DNA of 39,015 bases. Origin: a virus. Its lineage: Duplodnaviria > Heunggongvirae > Uroviricota > Caudoviricetes. Positions 28,004-38,317 of the stretch are shown here, piece after piece; the first letter of the stretch is position 1; every line of letters starts with the position of its first letter. Made by a program: the position numbers and the translations under genes. Where the stretch lies: IMG/VR virus record IMGVR_UViG_2740892269_000012; one strand, 5' to 3'. The notes beneath the pieces are model-generated. The model did no database searches and was not told where the DNA came from. It worked only from the letters and a program-made list of their open reading frames with translations.

Positions 28004-29099
28004 ACGGCTGCGTGATGAATCAATTGCTCATGCAGTCTGGATATCCCGCTATAGCACTGGCGTGGCTGCCAGAATGGTGAAAATACTGAATGACAGCGAT
28101 GCGGAACTTACTGCTCGCCTGCTGATAGCACTGGACAGCCTCGATCCAGGTAGTTTTACCGTTAAGCGCCTGGAGTCACTTCTGGCGAGCGTCAGAGAGG
28201 TTAACCGCACTGCTATTAACAGCATGTTTACCAGTCTCTCCGGAGAGCTGAACGAGCTGGCAATTTATGAGGCTGGTTATCAGTTAAGTCTGTTTGATTC
28301 TATGCTACCTGATTTTGTTGCTGATGTTCACCCTCTGGTTGGTATCTCTCCTGATGCACTTTATGCCGCTGCAATGGCGCGACCATTCCAGGGACGACTG
28401 CTCAGTGAGTGGGCCTCAGATCTTGAGGCGGATCGGCTCAGACGCATAACAAATACAGTGCGTCAGGGTTTTTTGCTGGGGGATACCAATGAGCAGATCG
28501 CAAGAAAAATTCGGGGACATGTCAGTAAGGGATTTCAGGATGGTGCATTGCAGATGAGCCGGGCTAATGCGGCCAGCATTGCAAAAACAGCGGTTGGACA
28601 TCTTGCTGCTACTGCCCGTGAGAGTTTTGCCAGCGCGAATAATGATTTGATTAAGGGTAAGCAATGGTTATCAACGCTTGATAATCGTACTACGCCACAA
28701 TGTCGAATCAGGGATCGCCTCAAATATACGCTGAATAATAAACCTGTAGGTCACAGCGTGCCTTATTTGCAGGGGCCGGGAAAAATTCATTTCTGCTGCC
28801 GCTCAACGGAAACGTTCATTCTGAAATCAGCGAAGGAACTGGGTATTGATGTTCGCGATATTTCCCCGGCTGAGCGGGCCAGCATGGATGGCGTGGTGGC
28901 CGGAGATACAACCTACAGGGAATGGTTTTTGCGTCAGCCTTACACCAGACAAAAACAGATTGTGGGGGAAAGCCGAGCAAAGCTGATTCGGGATGGTGGT
29001 ATGTCGCCAGATGAATTTTACACCGATAAAGGCGAATGGCTGACGCTGAAGCAGCTCCGTGAGCGTGATGCACAGGTATTCAGAAAAGCAGGGATTTAA
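27984..29099 (+). CDS. Head morphogenesis / minor head protein (SPP1 gp7 / Mu F-like), 371 aa
   Basis: Position after portal; sequence character of the gp7/Mu-F family (recollection). Confidence 0.75.
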   Translation: MMQTVNERLRDESIAHAVWISRYSTGVAARMVKILNDSDAELTARLLIALDSLDPGSFTVKRLESLLASVREVNRTAINSMFTSLSGELNELAIYEAGYQLSLFDSMLPDFVADVHPLVGISPDALYAAAMARPFQGRLLSEWASDLEADRLRRITNTVRQGFLLGDTNEQIARKIRGHVSKGFQDGALQMSRANAASIAKTAVGHLAATARESFASANNDLIKGKQWLSTLDNRTTPQCRIRDRLKYTLNNKPVGHSVPYLQGPGKIHFCCRSTETFILKSAKELGIDVRDISPAERASMDGVVAGDTTYREWFLRQPYTRQKQIVGESRAKLIRDGGMSPDEFYTDKGEWLTLKQLRERDAQVFRKAGI

Positions 29100-29118
29100 A
29101 TAAATCATTTATTACAAC

Positions 29119-29145
29119 AGGCTACCTTCGGGTGGCCTTTTTTAT
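29119..29145 (+). terminator. Rho-independent terminator after the head-morphogenesis gene
   Basis: Stem AGGCTACC / GGTGGCCT (one G-U) with TTCG tetraloop, then TTTTTTATT. Confidence 0.5.
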
Positions 29146-29182
29146 TGCTGCGATCCGGATGGTGAGCAGCGTAACTGTCGGA

Positions 29183-29438
29183 NNNNNNNNNNNNNNNNNN
29201 NNNNNNNNNNNNNNNNNNNNNNNNNNNNNNNNNNNNNNNNNNNNNNNNNNNNNNNNNNNNNNNNNNNNNNNNNNNNNNNNNNNNNNNNNNNNNNNNNNNN
29301 NNNNNNNNNNNNNNNNNNNNNNNNNNNNNNNNNNNNNNNNNNNNNNNNNNNNNNNNNNNNNNNNNNNNNNNNNNNNNNNNNNNNNNNNNNNNNNNNNNNN
29401 NNNNNNNNNNNNNNNNNNNNNNNNNNNNNNNNNNNNNN
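29183..29438. other. Assembly gap: 256 consecutive N
   Basis: Run of n characters; true length and content unknown. Confidence 0.99.
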
Positions 29439-29771
29439 ATTGCGATCCCGGCAGATTTATTACAAGCCCGCTTCGGGCAGGCATTCAAAGTGGAAGAAGG
29501 GAGGATCGTTGCTTATGACGCTTCCGGCAACAAAATTTATTCCCGCGCGAAGCCTGGCGAACTGGCGCAGTTTGATGAGGCGCTGGAGTTCCTTGTCGAA
29601 AATTACCCTCAGAAAGACTACATCCTGAAAGCCAGTGGCAACAATGGCGGCGGCTCCCGTCCGACACAGCATGATATTGGTCAGAAAACGATGAAACGCT
29701 CTGCTTTTGATGCACTGGATGTTGCAGGTAAGCAAAACGCATTGAAAGACGGTATCACAATCGTTGATTAA
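29439..29771 (+). CDS. 3' part of a head-module gene (possibly scaffolding protein) whose 5' end lies in the gap
   Basis: Frame is open from the gap edge to the TAA ending at 29771 (…VEEGRIVAYDASGNKIYSRAKPGELAQFDEALEFLVENYPQ...); located just upstream of the major capsid gene. Confidence 0.35.
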   Translation: MAIPADLLQARFGQAFKVEEGRIVAYDASGNKIYSRAKPGELAQFDEALEFLVENYPQKDYILKASGNNGGGSRPTQHDIGQKTMKRSAFDALDVAGKQNALKDGITIVD

Positions 29772-29869
29772 CACATTTGTCAGCTTCCGGATGGGAGCTG
29801 GTGTCAGGGCTGGATAGCTCATTACTCCATCTATTCACAATTACGCAAATTTTTAAGGAATATTTAATT

Positions 29870-31009
29870 ATGGCTGGAAATACCCTGACCGGGTTGATCC
29901 CGACTATTTATACCGCCCTGGATGTTGTATCCCGTGAGCAGGTAGGTTTTATCCCTGCGGTAGCAAAAAACGCAAAAGCTGACGCCGCAGCAAAAGATCA
30001 GACGGTAACCGCGCCAGTTGCGCCTGAGGCGAAAACCGAAGATATCGTACCGGGGCCGTCAGCTCCGAATACCGGTGATCAAAATATTGGCACTGTTGAT
30101 GTAAAAATTACTAAATCCAAAATGGCACCGGTTAAATGGAATGGTGAAGAACAACTGGCTCTTGGCCCTTCAGGGACTTACAACACCATTCTGGCTGATC
30201 AGTTCAAGCAGGCTTTTCGCGCCCTTGCAAACGAGGTTGAGGCTGATCTTGGTGCGTTGTATTTCGGTGCTTCCCGCGCCGTGGGAACCGCAGGGACAAC
30301 GCCGTTTGGTGTTAAAGATGATCTTTCTGATGCTGCTCTGGCTCGTCAGGTTCTGGAGGATAACGGCGCACCGACAACCGATCTGCAGATGGTGCTTGGC
30401 TCCACTGCCATTGCTAATTTGCGCGGAAAACAGTCTGTATTGTTTAAAGTGAATGAATCCGGCACTGAACAGCTACTGCGTGAGGGCGTGTTGGGGCGTC
30501 TGGAGGGATTCAATATTCACAGTTCGGCAGGTGTGAAACGAGCGCCAAAGGTTGCTGCAACTGGTTATCTCGTGAATGGAGAGAAAAAAGAAGGCGATGT
30601 TCTTATTTCCATTGATACTGGTTCGGGGAGTATTTCTGCAGGTCAGATTGTTACGTTCGCTGGTGATCCGAATCAGTATGTTGTGGCAGCAGCGACCAGC
30701 AATCTGATTACTCTTGCAGCGCCCGGACTGCGTCAGGATCTGGCCGATGATACTGCCATCACAGTTGTTGGGGCCTTTACTGCAAATATGGCGTTTGATC
30801 GCAACGCGTTTCTGCTGGCATCCCGTACTCCGGCAATGCCGGAAGGTGGCGATAATGCTGATGATGTAATGAATGTTACGGACCCGATTTCAGGGATTAC
30901 GTTCCAGATTGCACTGTATCGTCAGTATCGCCAGGTGCGCTATGAAGTTGGACTGGCATGGGGTGTTTCATCAGTGAAGCCGGCACATGGTTGTCTGATT
31001 CTTGGTTAA
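29870..31009 (+). CDS. Major capsid protein, 379 aa
   Basis: ATG at 29870 with AAGGAA SD; Ala/Gly/Thr-rich; followed by a strong terminator, as expected for the most abundant structural protein. Confidence 0.72.
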   Translation: MAGNTLTGLIPTIYTALDVVSREQVGFIPAVAKNAKADAAAKDQTVTAPVAPEAKTEDIVPGPSAPNTGDQNIGTVDVKITKSKMAPVKWNGEEQLALGPSGTYNTILADQFKQAFRALANEVEADLGALYFGASRAVGTAGTTPFGVKDDLSDAALARQVLEDNGAPTTDLQMVLGSTAIANLRGKQSVLFKVNESGTEQLLREGVLGRLEGFNIHSSAGVKRAPKVAATGYLVNGEKKEGDVLISIDTGSGSISAGQIVTFAGDPNQYVVAAATSNLITLAAPGLRQDLADDTAITVVGAFTANMAFDRNAFLLASRTPAMPEGGDNADDVMNVTDPISGITFQIALYRQYRQVRYEVGLAWGVSSVKPAHGCLILG

Positions 31010-31019
31010 ACATTCAAAC

Positions 31020-31039
31020 GGGGCTTCGGCCCCATTTTT
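31020..31039 (+). terminator. Rho-independent terminator after the capsid gene
   Basis: GGGGC-TTCG-GCCCC hairpin followed by ATTTTTA. Confidence 0.6.
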
Positions 31040-31051
31040 AATGGGGGGCAT

Positions 31052-31228
31052 ATGGCCGGATTAACTAAAGAGCAAAGAGCACAGCGTGAAGCCGCACAAA
31101 AAACGCAAATTGAGTTAGTGGTTATGGTGACCGATTATCAGATGTTTCCCGGCGCACCAACTATCGCTAATGTTCATCCTGATGAAGTTGACAACTGGAA
31201 GGCTATGGGCTGGAAAACTCAGGAGTAA
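31052..31228 (+). CDS. Small hypothetical head-module protein, 58 aa (below ORF-track cutoff)
   Basis: Hand-translated MAGLTKEQRAQREAAQKTQIELVVMVTDYQMFPGAPTIANVHPDEVDNWKAMGWKTQE; GGGGGG SD-like run upstream. Confidence 0.45.
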   Translation: MAGLTKEQRAQREAAQKTQIELVVMVTDYQMFPGAPTIANVHPDEVDNWKAMGWKTQE

Positions 31229-31231
31229 CAC

Positions 31232-31627
31232 ATGATCACTTACGTGACCTGTGATGACGTTGATAATGCGTTTGGGAACGCCTGGACGAGTGAGAACGCT
31301 AAAAATAAAGCTGTTTTAATGGCTAATGCCTGGCTTAATGGCTTCAACCTGAAAATTAACCCATCCCGTATTCCGGAAGAGGTAAAACTTGCGGGAGCAT
31401 ATGCAGCCAGAATTGCCTCATTCGGTAAGTTGTTTCAGCAGAAAAATGATTCTGGCGTTGTTATCAGTAAAGCCGTGTCGGCTGACGGGGTCAGTGTATC
31501 GAAATCATTTTCTGAGTTGCCAGCAAACAGCACTGCATTGCTTGAACCCGATTTACAGCTTGCGATAGCACTGCTGAAACCGTACGGACTTAGTCGCTCA
31601 CAAGTCAGGGTTGTGAGGGGGGGATAA
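31232..31627 (+). CDS. Head-tail connector / head completion protein, 131 aa
   Basis: Size and position in head-to-tail joining module; stop overlaps next start. Confidence 0.6.
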   Translation: MITYVTCDDVDNAFGNAWTSENAKNKAVLMANAWLNGFNLKINPSRIPEEVKLAGAYAARIASFGKLFQQKNDSGVVISKAVSADGVSVSKSFSELPANSTALLEPDLQLAIALLKPYGLSRSQVRVVRGG

Positions 31628-32010
31628 TGGGGCTTCGTGAAGAGATTCAGTCAGAGGTTGCCGCTGCTTTTGATGAGGATTTAGCGGACGCCGTGAGTGA
31701 TTTTTCTGGTTCTTACGTTACGCACCGGCACTGGGATCCTGTGACGGAAACTGGCGGCGAATCAACCGCAATCTATACCGGGCGAGGCGTGTTGACACGT
31801 TATAAGCTGGGCAGAATTGATGGGATTAATATTTTGCATGGTGACCTTAAATTAACCGCTCTGGTATGCGAGGTTACGGATAAACCAGCTGTCGACCATA
31901 TTATTGAGATTTATGATCCTGTATCAAGGCAGTTACAACGATACGAGGTAATTACAGCAAGTGTAGATCCTTCCGCATCAGTTTACTCTATCCAGTTAAG
32001 GAGAGCGTAA
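31627..32010 (+). CDS. Head-tail adaptor protein, 127 aa
   Basis: Synteny; translationally coupled to flanking genes. Confidence 0.6.
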   Translation: MGLREEIQSEVAAAFDEDLADAVSDFSGSYVTHRHWDPVTETGGESTAIYTGRGVLTRYKLGRIDGINILHGDLKLTALVCEVTDKPAVDHIIEIYDPVSRQLQRYEVITASVDPSASVYSIQLRRA

Positions 32011-32391
32011 ATGGCAAAGGCATGGGATATAGAACCGTCAATATTTGCCGGGATGATTGAGGAAGATGTAGGGCTGAAGATTCGCTACATCGCTATGCAG
32101 ATTCTTACTGCTATTGATATTGCTGCTCCGGTTGATACCGGACGTTTCAGAAATAACAACCTGGTGTCGTTACAGCATCCCGATTTTGGTATATCTGATA
32201 ACGTGGATCCGAACGGTACGATTGCTGTTCAGCGTGGGATCGGGGTTATTTCGAAAGCTGCAAATTACGGGGTTATTTATATCCAGAATAACCTTCCTTA
32301 TGCAGAGGCTCTTGAAAACGGTCATTCACAACAAGCGCCAACTGGCGTGTATGCCAACGCTTTTCATGGTGTTTTACAGGCTTACAAATGA
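32011..32391 (+). CDS. HK97 gp10-like head-tail joining protein, 126 aa
   Basis: Synteny and size. Confidence 0.6.
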   Translation: MAKAWDIEPSIFAGMIEEDVGLKIRYIAMQILTAIDIAAPVDTGRFRNNNLVSLQHPDFGISDNVDPNGTIAVQRGIGVISKAANYGVIYIQNNLPYAEALENGHSQQAPTGVYANAFHGVLQAYK

Positions 32392-32780
32392 AGTTTACTG
32401 AAATCAGAAATACGGTTATTTCCAGAATGACGGCACAGACGATTATTGATGGAAAAGACGTATTGTATCCGAACGGGCCAACGTTCGATCCTTCCGGTAA
32501 GTTAATCTGGGCGCGGTTAAGTAATATTCCCGGGCAGGCTGGAGTTAATGAAATTGGCGCGGGGCCGGTTGTTTATCGCACGGGGATAATCATTATTCAG
32601 TTATTTGTCCCCGCAGGTTCTGGTTCAAAACTCATTACTGAGACAGCCGATAAATTGCGGGAACTGTTTGAGTTTCAGGATGACGATCGTCTCAGTTACC
32701 AGGCTGTTTCCTCAATAGCCGTTGGCGAAAAGAATGGCTGGTTCCAGCTTAATCTTCAAATTCCATATCGCGCGCTCTAG
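32388..32780 (+). CDS. Tail terminator / tail completion protein, 130 aa
   Basis: Synteny (immediately upstream of major tail protein); ATGA overlap with previous gene. Confidence 0.6.
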   Translation: MKFTEIRNTVISRMTAQTIIDGKDVLYPNGPTFDPSGKLIWARLSNIPGQAGVNEIGAGPVVYRTGIIIIQLFVPAGSGSKLITETADKLRELFEFQDDDRLSYQAVSSIAVGEKNGWFQLNLQIPYRAL

Positions 32781-32806
32781 CGCAATTAATGACATAGGAG
32801 GCTCCT

Positions 32807-33769
32807 GTGAGTTCAGGTGCAAAGGTTATCTCGGCATTTATCCGGGAGACGGTTGCAGGCACTACGCCAGCAAGTGGTGACTGGAGTTTATTAAAACGCA
32901 CAAGCTGGGGAGTAAAACCCACCCAGAATAAAGGCGAAAATAATGAGATTGGTGGCTCCCGGATGGCTCAGGGGGCGACGCCTGGCACTGTGGATGTCGG
33001 CGGTGATGTTGGTACCAAATTTCGCTGGGGTCAACATGATGATTTTCTTGCATCCTGTTTCGGCGCGGAATGGTCAGGCGATTCTCTGACAATGGGGAAT
33101 GAGCGAATAACATTTTCTCTGGCGACCTATGCGTCCGATGTCGGAATTGCCTCTGTCGTCAGAGGAGCGCAGGTTGGCTCATGGAAAATGCAGATCCCTA
33201 ACGACGGCGATATTACAGCGACCGTAACCTTTGCCGGACTGGACTGGGAATCAAAGGCCGATGATACGAATTTTATCAAAGGCGAACCTGTGGATAGTGC
33301 AGGAAAGCTACGTTATTCGTTTAAGGAGGTTTCAGCAGTAAGCCTGAATGGTGTTGCCGGAGGTAACGGTTTTTGTATCGACAGTTTTGATATTCAGTTC
33401 GATAACAAACTCCAGACACAGCGTTGTATCGGGACTGGCTCGCCTTATGCAGGAGCAAATATTCCGACTACTTTTACACCGTCCGGTACGGTGACGCTTT
33501 CATGGTCTAAAGCCGCGTGGGAAATCTGGAGTAAAACACTGACTGGAGAAACAGTTCCGTTCAGCTTCACGCTTTCGAATGGAGAGGGGGCATACACTTT
33601 CAGTTTCCCGAAGGTTCAGGTGTCAGGTGAATGGCCTGATGGGGGTAATAGCGACATTATCCAGGTTCAATTGAGCATTACCGCAGCAGATGAAGCACCT
33701 ACGATAACCAGAAAAAAAAATTCCCCGGCTGCCGTGATCGCAAAAGCCAGTGCTGAGGCGATTAGTTGA
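32807..33769 (+). CDS. Major tail (tube) protein, 320 aa, GTG start
   Basis: AGGAGG SD 5 nt upstream of GTG; Gly/Ser/Thr-rich beta-type sequence; position before the G/GT chaperone. Confidence 0.72.
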   Translation: MSSGAKVISAFIRETVAGTTPASGDWSLLKRTSWGVKPTQNKGENNEIGGSRMAQGATPGTVDVGGDVGTKFRWGQHDDFLASCFGAEWSGDSLTMGNERITFSLATYASDVGIASVVRGAQVGSWKMQIPNDGDITATVTFAGLDWESKADDTNFIKGEPVDSAGKLRYSFKEVSAVSLNGVAGGNGFCIDSFDIQFDNKLQTQRCIGTGSPYAGANIPTTFTPSGTVTLSWSKAAWEIWSKTLTGETVPFSFTLSNGEGAYTFSFPKVQVSGEWPDGGNSDIIQVQLSITAADEAPTITRKKNSPAAVIAKASAEAIS

Positions 33770-33817
33770 TTTTCCGTTATTCCTCCTGTGGTACTGCCCT
33801 ACAGGGGGACGCATTGA

Positions 33818-34279
33818 ATGAGGTTATGGATGTTTATTCTTAATCAGAAAATTATCATTGGTGGAGAACGCTGGTTTACGCCAATGAAGGACTTAAAACC
33901 TGTAGACGGGTTAAAACTGTTGGTGGCAAGCAGCGATAACGATCAGTATCGCTCCCGTAATGCATTAATCCGTCGCCACATTGAGAAAATGGATGCCAGT
34001 TTGCACGTCGGAACGAAGGAGTTTGATATTTCAAAGGTTTCCGAGGTGGATTCTGTTGATGATTTACTCATTGATAATGCCGCTCGTTATCTGCTGAAAG
34101 ACTGGAAAGGGGTTGGTGAACTGGTTAATGGTGTTGAGGTTGCACTGGAATATACGGCAGAACGAGGGATCGCGCTGCTTAAGCAGAATCCAGAGTTGTA
34201 CTGGCAGATCCTTGCAGAAGCAGCCAGCATCGCCCAGGGTAAAGAGCAGCAGAAGCAGGATACGATAAAAAAGCCATAG
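33818..34279 (+). CDS. Tail assembly chaperone (lambda gpG analogue), 153 aa
   Basis: Position between major tail protein and tape measure; acidic; carries A_AAA_AAG slippery heptamer three codons before its stop. Confidence 0.72.
   Translation: MRLWMFILNQKIIIGGERWFTPMKDLKPVDGLKLLVASSDNDQYRSRNALIRRHIEKMDASLHVGTKEFDISKVSEVDSVDDLLIDNAARYLLKDWKGVGELVNGVEVALEYTAERGIALLKQNPELYWQILAEAASIAQGKEQQKQDTIKKP
34267..34273 (+). promoter_or_regulatory. -1 programmed ribosomal frameshift slippery heptamer A_AAA_AAG (G/GT-type)
   Basis: Zero-frame codons AAA(34268-70) AAG(34271-73) CCA TAG; a -1 slip enters the frame of ORF 34354..34587, which is open from 34273. Confidence 0.6.
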
Positions 34280-34587
34280 CTGCCCAGCGGTGGTTATCGG
34301 AGTTCGGGGGAGAAAGGGGGGAAAAGGCAAGATGGAAGCGAGAAAAACTCAGGTTGCCACCGATACCGGAACCAGAAATAGACCCGGTGCTTAAGGAGTT
34401 GTTGTACGCCTATTCGGTAATATCCCGTGCCCGACGTTATGCTGGAATGGCTGGGGTGCCTTTGCCTTTATCTCTGACAGAGATAAATGAATATTTAGCC
34501 ACTCATCCGGTATTGATTGAGCGCGATGAATTTGAAGCAGTGATCTTTGCACTGGATGACCAGTATTTTCAGGAGCAGTGTGTGTAG
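34273..34587 (+). CDS. Frameshift extension (gpT-like) of the tail assembly chaperone; no independent start, expressed as a G-T fusion
   Basis: -1 frame open from the slip site to the TAG ending at 34587; the ORF-track entry 34354..34587 begins at a TTG and has no SD. Confidence 0.55.
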   Translation, partial: AIAAQRWLSEFGGERGEKARWKREKLRLPPIPEPEIDPVLKELLYAYSVISRARRYAGMAGVPLPLSLTEINEYLATHPVLIERDEFEAVIFALDDQYFQEQCV

Positions 34588-34705
34588 TTGTTAATTACGT
34601 ACACTCTGTTACAGAGATGTGATGGTGTCTTTAATTAAATCGATGATGCTCCTGGAGAAAAGCATTGCGTGGCCTCGTAATCGCTATATCTACTATTATG
34701 TCGCC

Positions 34706-34732
34706 TGAAACCCACTTCGCGGTGGGTTTTTT
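34706..34732 (+). terminator. Putative rho-independent terminator/attenuator between the chaperone and tape-measure genes
   Basis: GAAACCCAC-TTCG-CGGTGGGTTT hairpin followed by TTTTTTG. Confidence 0.45.
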
Positions 34733-34752
34733 GTTGTCAGGAGTTTTAATAA

Positions 34753-37700
34753 ATGGCAGAGCAAACCTCGCGTCTCGCAATAATTATTGATAGCACTGGA
34801 GCGAAAAATAATGCTGACAATCTGACCTCCTCATTAGTCAAAATGACGCAGGCTGGGGAAACTGCTGCAAATAGCGCAGGGAAAGTGACTAAGGCAACAG
34901 AAGATGAGAAGAACGCGCTCGCAAAATTAAAAGCAGCTATTGATCCAGTTGGTGCCGCAATTGATACTGTCGGTCGACGCTATTCTGAATTAAAGAAATT
35001 TTTCGATAAAGGGCTTATTGATAAAGAAGAATATGAATTTCTTGTCCGTAAACTTAATGAAACCACAGAGGAATTGAGCGGGGTTGCGCAAGCGCAGAGA
35101 GAAGCCGAGAAGGCCGGAAAACTTGCTGCCGCCCAGCAGGAAGCGCAGGCTCAGGCCTTTCAAAGAATGCTGGACAAGATCGACCCTCTGGCTGCGGCGC
35201 TAAGAAATCTTGAACAACAGCATGATGAACTTAATGCTGCGTTTGCATCCGGGAAAATAAATGGTTCTCAGTTTGAGAATTATAGCCGAAAAATACAGGA
35301 AACACGGCGAGAGCTTACCGGAGAGGCTCAGGCAGAGCGAGAAGCAGCAAAAGCGCATGATGAACAGGTTGTTGCTTTGCAACGTCTGATTGCTCAACTT
35401 GATCCTGTCGGAACTGCTTTTAATCGTCTGGTAGAACAACAGAAACAGCTCAATGAAGCAAAAGCTAAGGGGATGCTTTCTCCTGAAATGTATGAGGAGC
35501 TTTCTGGAAAACTTCGTGCTATGCGGAGTGAGCTTGAGGTTACTCAATCACAATTAAGCAAAACCGGAATGTCGGCAAAACAAACGGCTTTTGCTATGCG
35601 CATGTTGCCTGTACAAATGACGGATATTGTTGTTGGGTTGTCCACTGGTCAGTCGCCATTTATGGTGTTAATGCAGCAGGGCGGCCAGCTAAAAGATATG
35701 TTCGGTGGGATTGGCCCGGCGATCAAAGGTGTAGGTTCTTATGTGCTGGGATTAATTAATCCTTTTACCCTGGCCGCAGCAGCCGTTGGGGTCTTAGGAC
35801 TGGCTTACTATAAAGGCTCTCAGGAGCAGGACGAATTTAATAAATCTCTTATTCTTACCGGAAATCAGTTGGGGACAACCAGCGGGCAATTGGGCGATAT
35901 AGCTCAACGTGCCGGGAATGCGGCTGATTCGACAACTGGTGCTGCGGCGGCAGTATTAAATCAGCTTGTGCGTTCGGGAAAGGTAGCGAGCAGTTCGCTG
36001 GAGCAAGTGACGACAGCGATAGTAAAAACGAGCGAAGTAACAGGAATATCAACCGAACAACTGGTTAATGACTTCAATGAAATTGCAAAGGATCCTGTCA
36101 GTGCCATATCAAAACTTAATGATCAGTACCATTTTCTGACACTTGCGACTTATAACCAGATTAAGGCGCTACAGGATGAAGGGAACCAGCAGGAGGCCGC
36201 CCGCATTGCGACAGAAGAATACTCATCCTCAATGATCCAGCGCACCAACCAGATTAAAGAAAATCTTGGTTATCTTGAGACTGCATGGAAAGCTGTCGCA
36301 GACTCCGCAAAATGGGCATGGGATTCCATGCTGGATATTGGCCGTGAGGCCTCCCTTGATCAAAAAATCTCAGATGTTCTCCGTCAAATTGATGAAATAG
36401 AAAAAAATACCCGACCCGGAGTTTTCGGGTTAGGTGGCATTGGAGATGGCGGAGCTCAAAATAAAAGGCTGGCACGATTAAAGCAGCAATTGGGCGTACT
36501 TCAAGCAGAAAAAATTGCTCAGGACGTACTAAATTCATCAATAAACGATTACAACAAGCGACAACAGGAAGGAATTGAACTCAGACAGAGAGCAGATGCC
36601 TTTTCAAAACAATATCAGACCCGGGAGCAGCAGAGAGCTAGTGAACTTGCAAAACTGGAAAAGCTAAAGAATCAGTATTCAAAGGAAGAATATAATAATC
36701 TTATCGCTCAAATAAATGAGCGTTATAAAGATCCAAAGCAACCAAAGGCGAAAGGTTATTCTGATGATGCAGCCCAACGAATGATTGATCATCTGAATCA
36801 ACAGAATGCGTTACTAAGTTCACAAGCTGAGTTGACCGTTAAATTAAGTTCCTCTGAACAGGAACTGGTTAAGTGGCGTCAGCGGATTGCCGACCTAGAG
36901 TCACGACCATCATCGAAATTAACCCAGGATCAGAAATCGCTTCTCTTACACCGGGAAGAAATAACCACGTTGATGGAGAAAAATGTTGCGATTGAAAAAA
37001 ATAACAGGCTAATCAAGGAATCCGCCGAAATAACAGCATGGCGTGATTCATTGCAGGCTTCGATTGATAATCGTCAGCAGGGGTATGATATTCAGATTGC
37101 TGGTTATGGGGTTGGCGATAAAAATCAGCAACGCCAGCAGGAATTACTGCGGATTGAACATGGATATAACAATCAGCGTCTGCAACTTGAACGTGACTAT
37201 GCAGATAAATCCCGTGGAATGTCAGATCATGTTTTTCAAGAGAAAATGCAGGCTCTGAATGATGCTCTGGAACGGGAAAAAGAAATTGTCAGACAGAAAA
37301 ACGAGCAGCTCGATATTCAGGCAGGAGACTGGGTTAGTGGTGCCTCCCAGGGATTCAATAACTGGCTGGATGACACTAAGGATATCAGTGAGCAGATAAA
37401 ATCAACCACGACTCAGATGTTTGATGGGATGACCGATGCGCTGGGTGATTTTGTCACGACAGGCAAGGCAAATTTTCGTTCTTTCGCTACTTCCGTGATT
37501 TCGGATCTTAGTCGAATAGCATTAAAGGCTTCAATTACTGGGATTTTCGACAGCATTAGTAACAGTTCTTCTGGGGGGATTTTAGGAACTATCGGGAGTG
37601 CTATTAGTAAATTTATTCCGAATGCAAAGGGCGGTGTTTATGAGTCTCCGTCATTGAGCACGTATTCGAACGGTATTTATGATTCCCCGCAATTTTTTGC

Positions 37701-37986
37701 TTTTGCAAAAGGGGCTGGTGTTTTTGGTGAGGCTGGACCGGAAGCCATTATGCCATTAACACGAACTTCCGATGGTTCTCTTGGTGTCAGAGCTATTAAT
37801 AGTAAAAGTGGTAATGGAGGCGGAGATATTACCTATGCCCCTGTATACCAAATCACTATTCAAAATGACGGCCAGAATGGAGAGATTGGCCCTCAGGCAA
37901 TAAAAGCACTTATGGGGATGGTTGATCAGCGGGTGCAGGGCAATCTGTTAAATATGCGACGTGATGGGGGAATGTTAAGTGGCTAA
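34753..37986 (+). CDS. Tail tape measure protein, 1077 aa
   Basis: Very long, coiled-coil-rich (Ala/Gln/Glu/Lys/Leu) ORF with hydrophobic central segment, directly before gpM/gpL homologues. Confidence 0.9.
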   Translation: MAEQTSRLAIIIDSTGAKNNADNLTSSLVKMTQAGETAANSAGKVTKATEDEKNALAKLKAAIDPVGAAIDTVGRRYSELKKFFDKGLIDKEEYEFLVRKLNETTEELSGVAQAQREAEKAGKLAAAQQEAQAQAFQRMLDKIDPLAAALRNLEQQHDELNAAFASGKINGSQFENYSRKIQETRRELTGEAQAEREAAKAHDEQVVALQRLIAQLDPVGTAFNRLVEQQKQLNEAKAKGMLSPEMYEELSGKLRAMRSELEVTQSQLSKTGMSAKQTAFAMRMLPVQMTDIVVGLSTGQSPFMVLMQQGGQLKDMFGGIGPAIKGVGSYVLGLINPFTLAAAAVGVLGLAYYKGSQEQDEFNKSLILTGNQLGTTSGQLGDIAQRAGNAADSTTGAAAAVLNQLVRSGKVASSSLEQVTTAIVKTSEVTGISTEQLVNDFNEIAKDPVSAISKLNDQYHFLTLATYNQIKALQDEGNQQEAARIATEEYSSSMIQRTNQIKENLGYLETAWKAVADSAKWAWDSMLDIGREASLDQKISDVLRQIDEIEKNTRPGVFGLGGIGDGGAQNKRLARLKQQLGVLQAEKIAQDVLNSSINDYNKRQQEGIELRQRADAFSKQYQTREQQRASELAKLEKLKNQYSKEEYNNLIAQINERYKDPKQPKAKGYSDDAAQRMIDHLNQQNALLSSQAELTVKLSSSEQELVKWRQRIADLESRPSSKLTQDQKSLLLHREEITTLMEKNVAIEKNNRLIKESAEITAWRDSLQASIDNRQQGYDIQIAGYGVGDKNQQRQQELLRIEHGYNNQRLQLERDYADKSRGMSDHVFQEKMQALNDALEREKEIVRQKNEQLDIQAGDWVSGASQGFNNWLDDTKDISEQIKSTTTQMFDGMTDALGDFVTTGKANFRSFATSVISDLSRIALKASITGIFDSISNSSSGGILGTIGSAISKFIPNAKGGVYESPSLSTYSNGIYDSPQFFAFAKGAGVFGEAGPEAIMPLTRTSDGSLGVRAINSKSGNGGGDITYAPVYQITIQNDGQNGEIGPQAIKALMGMVDQRVQGNLLNMRRDGGMLSG

Positions 37987-38317
37987 TACGGAAGAATTTC
38001 ACTGGTTACCAGAGGATGGAATGAAAACAGAAAATAAACCATCGATAAAAACTGTAAGATTTGGTGATGGTTATGAGCAACGAAGTCCAAATGGACTTAA
38101 TCATTCTCTGCGCGTTTTCACCTGTGATTTCAAAGTTGAGGCGAATGAACGTGATTCATTTGAAAAATTTTTAGCCCGGCATGAAGGCTATAAATCTTTT
38201 TTTTGGCGCCCGCCGGGTATTAACAGAAAAATCAGAGTGGTGTGTCGAACGTGGTCAGCGACAGAACATATCACCTATACCGATTTTTCGTGTCAGTTTG
38301 ACGAAGTGGTGATCTGA
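37979..38317 (+). CDS. Minor tail protein M (lambda gpM-like), 112 aa from GTG 37979 (alternative ATG at 38021)
   Basis: ...[16 protein letters not shown]...KSFFWRPP...FDEVVI aligns with lambda gpM as recalled (VRFGDGYSQRAPAGLN...KSFLWTPP...FEQVVN). Confidence 0.88.
   Translation: MANTEEFHWLPEDGMKTENKPSIKTVRFGDGYEQRSPNGLNHSLRVFTCDFKVEANERDSFEKFLARHEGYKSFFWRPPGINRKIRVVCRTWSATEHITYTDFSCQFDEVVI

Noticed and set aside
33712-33720. A9 homopolymer run near the 3' end of the major tail protein gene, considered as a programmed frameshift or phase-variation site giving a C-terminal extension
   Set aside because: Both alternative frames hit stop codons within about 10 codons (TGA in each), so no extended product is possible; most likely just codons AGA AAA AAA AAT.
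35200-36541. Minus-strand ORFs inside the tape measure gene
   Set aside because: Antisense to a long coiled-coil gene; chance ORFs.
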